From assembly GCF_964204645.1 (NCBI RefSeq), contig NC_134030.1, positions 1,347,355 to 1,411,354 of the forward strand: a stretch of 64,000 nt of DNA, written 5' to 3'. The translations under genes and the position numbers were made by a program. This document shows, one piece after another, positions 22,335 to 33,699 of the stretch. The notes below the pieces were generated by a model. It was not told the DNA's origin and ran no database searches. It saw nothing but the letters and a program-made list of their open reading frames with translations. Positions within the stretch are counted from its first letter, which is position 1. The number at the start of each line of letters is the position of its first letter. This DNA is from Tubulanus polymorphus. Lineage: Eukaryota > Animalia > Nemertea.

Positions 22335-23990
22335 TAGAATTGTTCATACAACTGTCAACATGGAGTTCATCTCACAAGCAAATTAGGTAATTATCTTATG
22401 AAATTGTATGAATTGCCAATTTAACATTTTTGCATTTCAAGTAGGTGTAATTGAATGTTTGTCAACCTTACTCTTATAAAACTGTGTTAACCGTTGAACA
22501 GGATTCTAAGACTGTGCAGAAAACCCGTTATCGCTGCTTTGCAGCTATAATTATCTGATAAATTAGTATGGAATGCCAATTTTACATTTTTGCATTTAAG
22601 TTTAAATGAGTTTAAAATCACGTTTCATTTGTTGTTTATTTTGTCTTTTCAGTTTTCAATTTGCCGAGATCAGTCGTCAAAAACTGTTACAACGGAAACT
22701 AAGATAACAAAGACTTGATTTGGCAGATTGAAGAAATCCTGCGAAAAGATTATTCATGATTTGTTCATACAACTGTCAACATGGAGTTCATCTCACAAGC
22801 AAATTAGGTAATTATCTTATGATTTTGTATGAAATGCTAATTTTTACTCATTAATTTTTTACAAATAAGTTGACTTTGAAATCTTTATTAATTTCTTGTT
22901 TATTTTGTTTTTTCAGTTTTCAATTTGCCGAGATCAGTCATCAAAAACTGTTACAACGGAAACTAAGATAACAAAGACTTGATTTGGCAAAGATTGAAGA
23001 AATCCTGCGAAAAGCTTATTCATGAATTGTTCATACAACTGTCAACATGGAGTTCATCTCACAAGCAAATTAGGTAGTTATCTTATGATTTTGTATGAAA
23101 TGCTAATTTTTACTCGTTAATTTTTTACAAATAAGTTGACTTTGAAATCTTTATTAATTTCTTGTTTATTTTGTTTTTTCAGTTTTCAATTTGCCGAGAT
23201 CAGTCATAAAAAAACTGTTACAACGGAAACTGAGATAACAAAGACTTGATTTGGCAAAGATTGAAGAAATCCTGCGAAGAGATTATTCAAGAATTGTTCA
23301 TACAACTGTCAACATGGAGTTCATCTCACAAGCAAATTAGGTAATTATCTTATGATTTTGTATGAAATGCTAATTTTACATTTTTGCATTTAAGTTTAAA
23401 TGAGTTTAAAATCACGTTTCATTTGCTGTTTATTTTGTCTTTTCAGTTTTCAATTTGCCGAGATCAATCGTCAGAAAACTGTTTCAACGGAAACTAAGAT
23501 AAAAAAGACTTGATTTGGCAAAGATTGAAGAAATCCTGCGAAGAGATTATTCAAGAATTGTTCATACAACTGTCAACATGGAGTTCATCTCACAAGCAAA
23601 TTAGGTAATTATCTTATGATTTGTATGAAATGCTAATTTTTACATTTAAGTTTAAATGAGTTTAAAATCACGTTTCATTTGTTGTTTATTTTGTCTTTTC
23701 AGTTTTCAATTTGCCGAGATCAGTCGTCAGAAAACGGTTACAATGGAAACTAAGATAACAAAGACTTGATTTCGGCAAAGATTGAAGAAATCCTGAGAAG
23801 AGATTATTCATGAATTGTTCATACAACTGTCAACATGGAGTTCATCTCACAAGCAAATTAGGTAATTATCTTATGATTTTGTATGAAATGCTAAATTTTA
23901 CTCGTTATTTTTTTAACTAATAAGTTGACTTTGAAATCTTTATTTATTTCTTGTTTATTTTGTCTTTTCAGTTTTGAATTTGCCGAGATT
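22335..23990 (+). repeat. ~260-bp tandem array of exon+intron units, probably a spliced non-coding RNA
   Basis: Each unit: TTTATTTTGTYTTTTCAG acceptor, ~155-nt exon, TAG|GTA(A/G)TT donor; stops in all 3 frames. Confidence 0.8.
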
Positions 23991-24089
23991 CACATGTAGC
24001 AGATATAATGGAATTAAGTATTGAGAACCGCAACTTAACAATAAACCGGATCAACTTAATATAGTGCTGAGGACCAAAAATAAAGGATA

Positions 24090-24860
24090 AACCCGACCAG
24101 TGTAATTCAGTGTCGAGAACCGCAGTTAAACGATGAACCCGACCAGTGTAATTCAGTGTCGAGAACCGCAGTTAAACGATGAACCCGACCAGTGTAATTC
24201 AGTGTCGAGAACCGCAGTTAAACGATGAACCCGACCAGTGTAATTCAGTGTCGAGAACCGCAGTTAAACGATGAACCCGACCAGTGTAATTCAGTGTCGA
24301 GAACCGCAGTTAAACGATGAACCCGACCAGTGTAATTCAGTATTGAGAACCACAATTAAACGATGAACCGGACCAGTGTAATTCAGTGTCGAGAACACAA
24401 TTAAACGATGAACCGGACCAGTGTAATTCAGTGTCCAGAGCTGCAGTTAAACAATGAACCGGACCAGTGTAATTCAGTGTCGAGAACTGCAGTTAAACGA
24501 TGAACCCGACCAGTGTAATTCAGTATTGAGAACCACAATTAAACGATGAACCGGACCAGTGTAATTCAGTGTCCAGAGCCGCAGTTAAACAATGAACCGG
24601 ACCAGTGTAATTCAGTGTCGAGAACCGCAATTAAACGATGAACCGGACCAGTGTAATTCAGTGTCGAGAACCACAATTAAACGATGAACCGGACCAGTGT
24701 AATTCAGTGTCGAGAACCGCAATTAAACGATGAACCGGACCAGTGTAATTAAGTGTCGAGAACCACAATTAAACGATAAACCGGACCAGTGTAATTCAGT
24801 GTCGAGAACTGTAATTAAACGATGAACCGGATCAGTGTAATTCAGTTTCGCAATAACCGC
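24090..24860. repeat. 46-bp minisatellite, ~16 units
   Basis: GAACCGCAGTTAAACGATGAACC(C/G)GACCAGTGTAATTCAGTGTCGA; also at 60660-61420. Confidence 0.95.
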
Positions 24861-25039
24861 AATAAAACGATAATCTGGAGTTGTAATAGTGTTGTGTATT
24901 TGCGTAGTGGATCAAGTGGAAGGATTTTAAGTGTATTTGGTGACTTTAATTCGTTCGCATCCAACAGAATCAACAAAGACATTACAAAAAACGACAAAAA
25001 ATGATTGAATGTAAATGCATTGAATTTAGGTTTGATGAT

Positions 25040-26020
25040 CAAGATAATCACTGATCAAGATTGACAGTTATAATCCATAATTGTTGAACTTGATCAGAGA
25101 TTTTCAAGATCGATTTTAAGGTGATTCAGAAGTTTAAATCTGATGTTTTAATCTCTGGGACTCAGATATTAAATCAATAGATTTTTACTGCTGAATGATC
25201 TTCATGTACAGATGAGCTACAATTGTTCCTAGTGTGTTCTGTTAAGACTGATTAAAGGGTGGAAAAACTTGACTCAAATTCAAATTGAGTCGAGTTTTTC
25301 CAAGATAATCTCTGATCAAGATCAGCAGTTACCGGTATAATCCATAATTGTTGAACTTGATTGGTGATTTTCAAGATCTGTTTTAAGGTGATTCACAAGT
25401 TTAAATCTAATGTTTTAATCTCTGGGTTCCAGATATTAAATCAATAGATTTTTACTGCTGAATGACCTTCGTGTTCAGATAAGCTACAATTGTTCCTAGT
25501 GTGTTCTGTTAAGAAAGGGTGGAAAAACTTGACCCAAATTCAAATTGAGTCGAGTTTTTCAAAGATAATCTCTGATCAAGATCGGCAGTTATAATCCATA
25601 ATTGTTGAACTTGATTGGAGATTTTCGAGAACTGTTTTTAAGGTGATTCAGAAGTGTGAATCTGATGTTTTAATCTCTGGGTTTCAGAGATTAAATCAAT
25701 AGGTTTTAACTTCTGAATCACTTCGGGTTTTGGTAAGTTAAAGTGTTTCCTATTGTAATCTGTTAAACTGATTAAAGGGTGGAAAAACTTGATTCAAATT
25801 AATAATCTGAATCAAGTTTTCCAATGATAATCCGCGATCAAGTTCGGCAGTTATAATTCATAACTGTTGAACTCAATTCACAATTAAATGAACTTTTTTA
25901 AGGTGATTCAGAAGTATAAATCTGATGTTTTAATCTCTGGGTTTCAGAGATTAAATCAATAGGCTTTACTTCTGAATCACTGTTAGGTTTTGATAAGTTG
26001 TAAGTTGTTCCTATTGTTTA
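25040..26020. repeat. ~260-bp degenerate tandem repeat, ~4 units
   Basis: Units start at ~25041, 25302, 25562 and 25826; internal palindrome GGAAAAACTTGACTCAA..TTGAGTCGAGTTTTTCC. Confidence 0.88.
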
Positions 26021-26704
26021 ATGAATTGGTAGAAATTCTATTTTTAGGTGACAGGTCAAATAGATTAGAACAGTAATTTATGCAGAGGTTGAATTAATTT
26101 AATGTTTGATATACCAAAGAATGGTTTATTGTGAAGATTTAATTAAAATCTTAAATAAAGAGTTGTTCAATTTCATAAATGTTTTGTTTTCGATGAAGTT
26201 TTTTCATTTTCTGGATTTGAGGAATTTGACTTTAAACACATCGGTGGATTCAGCACAGTTCTGTGGACACAGTTTTTGGACCGAGACACAGCTCAAGACC
26301 CAGTTACAAGTTCAACTGGACTCCATCCCAAAAAACCCTGGGCCCTTCAAACCTTTAAGTAAGATGCTCACTTACAGATTCATAAAATTGACCCTTATTA
26401 TCTTGTCATCTGCAGCACCATCTCAGAGGCTTAAACCAAGAATTTCTTGTAATGTTCAACAAATGTGAATTACATTAAGTAATTTTTGAGATCGACTTAC
26501 ACTAGTATTGAGTTTTTTCTAAATCACAGTCTACTTATTTTATATTCATCCACGATTTCATAGCTCTTTAACTATTCAACCCTTTCCCTGATGGGCCCTG
26601 GCCCCAATTGCTGAACCCAGTTCTCCAAGTCTAACTTCTGGGTTTAATGGTTTATCAGAGAATTAATGGATTAATTGGAAATAATCTAACAATCAATAAA
26701 GTTG

Positions 26705-26842
26705 TTCTTTTTTGATACGGGCTAGACGTTGAGGGGCCCGCGCCCCGGGTTTTCTTTAAAGCTTTTGGCATTATCTAGAAAAACAAGTAAAAATATTAAA
26801 TCATTTGAAAATATATCAGTCAGTCTTATTCTGGTTCAGTGA
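26705..26842 (-). pseudogene. Inverted paralogous exon 1 fragment (MPKALKKTRGAGPSTSSPYQK) with its upstream acceptor and no splice donor
   Basis: Reverse complement of 2141-2274; ATG at 26771. Confidence 0.85.
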
Positions 26843-28346
26843 ACTAATTCTCTATATGGTGCATGTAGGGGTCCGGGAACACAACATCCACTAATTCTCT
26901 ATATGGTGCATGTAGGGGTCCGGGGACACGACATCCACTAATTCTCTATATGGTGCATGTAGGGGTCCGGGGACACGACATCCACTAATTCTCTATATGG
27001 TGCATGTAGGGGTCCGGGGACACGACATCCACTAATTCTCTATATGGTGCATGTAGGGGTCCGGGGACACCACATCCACTAATTCTCTATATGGTGCATG
27101 TAGGGGTCCAGGGACACCACATCCACTAATTCTCTATATGATGCATGTAGGGGTCCAGGAACACCACATCCACTAATTCTCTATATGGTGCATGTAGGGG
27201 TCCAGGGACACCACATCCACTAATTCTCTATATGGTGCATGTAGGGGTCCAGGGACACCACATCCACTAATTCTCTATATGATGCATGTAGGGGTCCAGG
27301 AACACCACATCCACTAATTCTCTATATGGTGCATGTAGGGGTCCAGGGACACCACATCCACTAATTCTCTATATGGTGCATGTAGGGGTCCAGGGACACC
27401 ACATCCACTAATTCTCTATATGGTGCATGTAGGGGTCCAGGGACACCACATCCACTAATTCTCTATATGGTGCATGTAGGGGTCCAGGGACACCACATCC
27501 ACTAATTCTCTATATGATGCATGTAGGGGTCCAGGGACACCACATCCACTAATTCTCTATATGGTGCCTGTAGGGGTCCAGGGACACCACATCCACTAAT
27601 TCTCTATATGATGCATGTAGGGGTCCAGGAACACCACATCCACTAATTCTCTATATGGTGCATGTAGGGGTCCAGGGACACCACATCCACTAATTCTCTA
27701 TATGGTGCATGTAGGGGTCCAGGGACACCACATCCACTAATTCTCTATATGGTGCATGTAGGGGTCCAGGGACACCACATCCACTAATTCTCTATATGGT
27801 GCATGTAGGGGTCCAGGGACACCACATCCACTAATTCTCTATATGGTGCATGTAGGGGTCCAGGGACACCACATCCACTAATTCTCTATATGATGCATGT
27901 AGGGGTCCAGGAACACCACATCCACTAATTCTCTATATGGTGCATGTAGGGGTCCAGGGACACCACATCCACTAATTCTCTATATGGTGCATGTAGGGGT
28001 CCAGGGACACCACATCCACTAATTCTCTATATGATGCATGTAGGGGTCCAGGAACACCACATCCACTAATTCTCTATATGGTGCATGTAGGGGTCCAGGG
28101 ACACCACATCCACTAATTCTCTATATGGTGCATGTAGGGGTCCAGGGACACCACATCCACTAATTCTCTATATGATGCATGTAGGGGTCCAGGAACACCA
28201 CATCCACTAATTCTCTATATGGTGCATGTAGGGGTCCAGGGACACCACATCCACTAATTCTCTATATGGTGCATGTAGGGGTCCAGGGACACCACATCCA
28301 CTAATTCTCTATATGATGCATGTAGGGGTCCAGGGACACCACATCC
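26843..28346 (-). repeat. 47-bp minisatellite, inverted, ~32 units
   Basis: Reverse complement of the 907-2140 unit. Confidence 0.97.
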
Positions 28347-29109
28347 TATTCTGTTTGGGGCATGGAGATTGCCCAGATTGCCTCTGCTAACAACAGACAC
28401 CCATTCAACATTTCTCTTTATGGTACTTTCTTCTTCCTCTTTTCTCTCATTTTACAAATTGATATTCAACTATGACCTTTTTCATTTTGATATGATGTTT
28501 ATCTTTACATCATGGTTGCTGGAGATTGTACAAGGAATGACACAAGAAATAATATCCTTAGTTTTAAACTCACAGCTGTTTGCAATTCTTTCATTTAAGC
28601 ACAGGTTCAATTGAAACGATGCATTCCTATACATATACGCAATCATATCTTTTTTCGAGTCATCATTCTCAGGGAAATTTGATCTCCACTCAGGTACAGT
28701 CTACTGGCTTGCCAGTTATCCTTTAACTTTTTTACAAAATTATCTTTTCAAAATGAATTACCATGAAAGCAGTAAATTTGAACTTGCCTTATCATAAGGG
28801 CTTTTTCTTTTACTCTTTGTTTTAGCTTTAGCTATCTTTGATTTGCTGGTGGTTTTAACATGCATGTCGAGGGAGCTCTATCAATCAAGGAACAGTCGGC
28901 TCACAAGCAGCCCCTGCCCAAAAGGTTTTGACATTATATTTTCAAAAGCTCTAGTTGTTCTGTAGAACCGAGAGCGGAGCTCTGACTTGTTCCCCTCACT
29001 GCTGAGGTCTACTTTCTCTGATTCGCTGATTGGCTTCTCTTTTGTACATTTTAGATGATCAAAAACTAGAAACTGTCATGCGTTTATTCATTTTGGTATA
29101 TGTTAAAAT

Positions 29110-29471
29110 TCTTTTACAGTAATGGCATATTAGGCACATCAAAACAAATCCGGAATTGTCCCCGAACGAAGTGGCTCCCTCCACTCTCCATCAGTATGCC
29201 GGGCCACCACCTCTACCTCTCGGGCAACTCGATCACTCGCCAGCTTTTTGGCGAGTGAACGAGTGACCGCCCGAGATACGGATGGAGGAGCAGGAGGAGC
29301 AGGACCCGCACCTGCCCCAGCCCCACCACCATCCCTCTTCGGCCTCTTCCTATTTATCCCCTCCCCTTCCTCCCGATTACCTTCGTCAGCCGCACCATCC
29401 GCCGGGACCACTCTTGCTCCTCCTCCCTGCGGAGCCACGACAACCGCAACTGGTACTTTTCGGTTTCTCAT
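29110..29471 (-). pseudogene. Inverted paralogous terminal exon 9
   Basis: ORF 29139-29471 VAVVVAPQGGG...LRSGTIPDLF* is near-identical to exon 9; a more decayed piece lies at 29641-29700. Confidence 0.85.
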
Positions 29472-30374
29472 GGTTTCCCACCATCTTTCAAAAGAGAACT
29501 ATCGATATATCATTAGCTACAAGGAAACTTTTCAGAAACTTTTTCTGGTCATTCTTTCTTGTATTATTAGCATTTGATTCTCTATATATCGTCAGAACAT
29601 GGACTCAGAGTGTTTCTTTAATGGTTAAGAATGTCTCTTTAACCAACATCCCCCTAGCCTGCTTCCTACATATCCCTTCCCTTTCCTCCTGATTACCTTT
29701 GATCCCCACTGCCTAGCAGCTAACAGCTGCTGCTATTTTATCTGGTTTACATGTTTTGCAGATAGTGTCTGTTATGCTATAGTTGTTCTTTTAATCGTTT
29801 AACTTCTTCATCTGAAATTTCATTATTCTAATTTCAGTTTCACGCAGGAAATGGTTCATGAAAATCTGCATTGAGACTGGGACGAAATGTGCATTGAGAC
29901 GGATGAAATCTGCATGAACAGAGATATACTTTAAGATCCCCATTTTATCCATCGGAGTGAATGTACATCCACTACTCACAGGTAGCAAACCTACAAACGC
30001 TAAACACTCATCCCTGGGCCCTGATTCAAAAATAAAAATAAAAGATTAAATTAAGAATTAACATTTTTATGAATCAGTGATCAGTTTCATAAAATAATTC
30101 CTAAATTAATTTTAGGGGTTTATTATTTCATATTGAAATGAATTCTTCATGTTTATGCAATTCTCATTATCTTTCATTGCAGCATTTATATATTCAATTT
30201 TAATCATACATGTGAAATATATAATGTATTTTCAGGGAAACGTAAACAAGAAAGGAAGGGAAGAAAGAGAAGGGAAGAAAGAGTTGGATGATTAATGCGC
30301 ACTTATTCTCCATTCCGAATTCCTGTATTCGACTCTAGGTGATCATCATACGAACGAGATATAGAAAAAAAAAC

Positions 30375-30600
30375 ATTACTGAAGTCATCTCTATTTTTTA
30401 GTCTCAATTTGTATTTCTAATTCAATTTACTAAGTGTGTAAGTCATCATTTGGATAAATCGTCACATTACTGAAGTCATCTCTATTTTTTAGTCTCAATT
30501 TGTATTTCTAATTCAATTCACTAAGTGTGTAAGTCATCATTTGGATAAGTCGTCACATTATTGAAGTCATCTCTTTTGAAGTCTCAATTAGTATTCAGTT
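30375..30600. repeat. ~91-bp tandem repeat, ~2.5 units
   Basis: ACATTACTGAAGTCATCTCTATTTTTTAGTCTCAATT... Confidence 0.85.
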
Positions 30601-32914
30601 TACTTCAGATAACGTAATTTGGTTTAATCACAAGTCGTCAACATTATAATCAATGTAACTACAGTGACTACATTATTGTCCTTTTATTGAGAAATTTATG
30701 TTAAATTTTGATTTCTGGGATAAATCAAAATTCAAATGTTATCATTTTTTGTATCAAAAATTGTAAAAAATTGAATAACTTGTGTGCTATTGAAACATTC
30801 AGTTATGGGGAGTTTTTAGCTCAGAAAACTTTGAGCCTGTTTATACAAGTGTTGTAACAAGTGTTGAACAATTCAAATATCATGTTTTTTATACTTTGTC
30901 ATGTTAGAAAAAATGTTTTCTAGTATATTGATGTTTCTAAAAAAACATATGATTCAACTTCAAACGGCCAACAAGCCTTCTAATAAAACTAGTTTGTCAT
31001 ATATATATATATATTACTTGGTCATTGTCAAGTTTTTAAAAAAATATTTTGGTTTTCTCAGCTTTCTCTGGTGGAAATTTCTTCGTGGAATTCCTCTTCT
31101 ATACAAGTTCCTCCTCAGACTGTTTTTATGCGAGAGTTTATAACAACCGGATCCTCAGAAAATGGTCGGAGTGCCAAGTCTTCGATTTAAGATCACCAGT
31201 CTTATCTGAGACCATAAGTTCACTAGCAAGTTTCACTAGCGATTCCAACAGCTATAGGATGGAACAGTATTATTATATAGGTCACCACTGTGCAATTGAG
31301 CCCAGATCATCAGAAAAAGATAAAAGTGAAGATATGTGATGGGATTCATTGAAAATTTTGCATATATAATTAATTCATTGAACTACTTAATTTGTATGAT
31401 TTATTTTTTGGGAATTTTCGAATTTGTCATCAATAACTAGTATATATTTCTTTTCAAGTTGTGAGCGATCTAGTTCTCTGTCGACCCATTGAAAATGAAT
31501 CGACTCTGAACTGTAGAACTGGACCCAGGGAGCTGAATCTCGCGTGCCACAGCAAGATACAGAGCTCTTCAATGTCTTAACCGTCAGGTGCTGCCCCTAA
31601 ACAAATCAATAGCGGTAAATCTGTGAACTAACTTATAGCTCGCTTGCCAGAGTAGAATCATAGCGAGCTGTCTAAAATCTTGAACCGTCTAGTGCTGCCC
31701 CTTAATCGATATGTATCGGAAAAGTGAATTTATTACTCGCATGCCACAGTAGTTGAGTAGTTGGAACATCATGATAGACTCGTTTTTCTGTGCAGCTATA
31801 ACGGGAACTATTTCAGATCTGATAATGAATATAAACTCAGTCACAGTTCGATAACAAACGCCGCTGGGTGAAATTGATGTAAACAAATAATCGTGTTGAA
31901 ATTGAATTTAGTTTAAGATATATTTTCGTGGTAGTTTTTATTTTCAAGCTGTTTACGTTCACTTCAAATGATGAAACGATGAAACCATATTAAATACATC
32001 CCTGTTTTAGTGGGGATTTTGAGTTTTGGTCCTTTCCGTATCTTCTAGAAACATCAAGTAGAAAGGCATTAACTGAACCCTATGTCTTTAACTTCAGGAG
32101 TCTATATGGAGTTTTCGGATGCCTCTTTTCCTCACTTCTTGCATTCGTCACTATTAGAAATCTGGACAAACTGAATTCAGTTCGACGAGGCCGAAGAACA
32201 GAAGACCAAAGAGTGATCTGCACTAGCCGCAGGGTTCGTGTTGGCTTGGATCGGTGGGAGGCAATCAAACCCCGACACGTGAAGATGTATCCTCAAAAAT
32301 GGATACCGGAACGCTTCTCTGGTTTACGATGATTAGTCTGCAGGGATAACGTGCCCTGGCAATCGAACGCCGGAGTGGAGGTATTCCATACACTGGTAGG
32401 TGAGTCGGAGTAGACTGGTTGCTTGTCCCATAGAGACCGGTAACCAGTCTAGCCACCTCACGATCAGTCTACATTGAAAAACCATTACTGAAATATGGTT
32501 GACGGAAATATTCATTTTATATCAGATTCTAAAATATTTTCTCGTATTGAATACAAAATTTTTATTATCTTGATAAGATAAATCTGCCAAAGCTCAACAA
32601 TTTAAATTAGTGAAAACCGATGTGCGAAGTCGTCAATTCAGTAGCCCGATAGAGCCCGGTAACCAGTCTAACTGACAATGTTCATTGCGCGGGAATGAAC
32701 GGGCAACTAGTCTACGATGAAAAATCATTTCTGAAAAATTATGAACGGAGATATTCATTTTACTTTGAATTTTGAATTATCTTATAAAACTGACAGCCAT
32801 ATTAACCAAAGTATTAATAGTAAATCTGATAAAATCTAATACCGGTTTTAGAATAGGTGAAAACTGATTTATGTGAAGCCGTCGGTTCAGAAGACTGATC
32901 CGTAGAATCGTTCG

Positions 32915-33084
32915 CCACTTTCTTCCGGTCCACTTACTTCCGCGTTTGTGATTTGCATACAAGTAGTTTGAATGTTAAATGTATTAAGCCGCGTGTTGAT
33001 TGGTTGAGGTCAGTGCGGTTTACTGAACGATGACCAGCTGTCAGCTGATCGAATCATTCGTTTCACAGACATTACGACGTAAGT
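32915..33084 (+). promoter_or_regulatory. Candidate promoter and short non-coding first exon for gene copy 2
   Basis: CTTCCGG, ATTTGCAT, ATTGG (~32998), CAGCTGTCAGCTG, Inr-like TCATTC at 33054, donor GAC|GTAAGT at 33079; the ATG exon has an acceptor that needs an upstream donor. Confidence 0.5.
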
Positions 33085-33699
33085 ATATTTTACATCTTTG
33101 ATCAAAAATTGTAGTGTAAAAAAACTCAAAACTAAGGCCTCTATAAATGATCGATTGACTTTAAATGATTACTTTAGCACAGCTCTTGTAGACAATGATT
33201 AGGTGTCATAGTAGTTTAGCTCGAAAGTGCACATATAAGGTTAATTTTCATCCCTTATTTAGAGACCGAGGTATTGAGCGTCCATTTCAGCCCTTAAAAC
33301 ATCATCAACCTACCTCAAACTGACTGTTTTTAAATCCAGCAATAGTTACCTAACTATTGACTCATCATGGATTCGATTCAAAAACAATTTTTGATGATCA
33401 TAGTGATTCGAAACGTTTGAATTTTTGAAAAACACGAATGCTAAACGACGGATCCGGACTTCGATTGCGGCCCAATGGCAGAGTTGATTTTCTTATTTGG
33501 AATTTGAAGATATAAATCACTGAAATCAATTGGTTTTCTCAACCAAAATTAAAATTAAGAAGAATTTAGGATGGAGATGTTTGATTTTCATTTTGTCTAA
33601 AATGCCGACTTAAAAATTAATTCAATTGAATCAAATTAATGAATTCATCATTTCACGATATTATAGATAATCAAAATGTGAATATGAAATCACCTTTTC

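Noticed and set aside
907-28346. Autonomous Polinton/Maverick or other giant transposon
   Set aside because: No integrase, polymerase, capsid or transposase ORF, and no defined termini or TSD
28350-28860. Possible transposase relic on the minus strand (..EWVSVVSRGNL)
   Set aside because: Multiple stops and only a faint motif resemblance; cannot be supported without a search
30600-32900. Short ORFs in the unique spacer
   Set aside because: No coherent splice structure or recognisable homology
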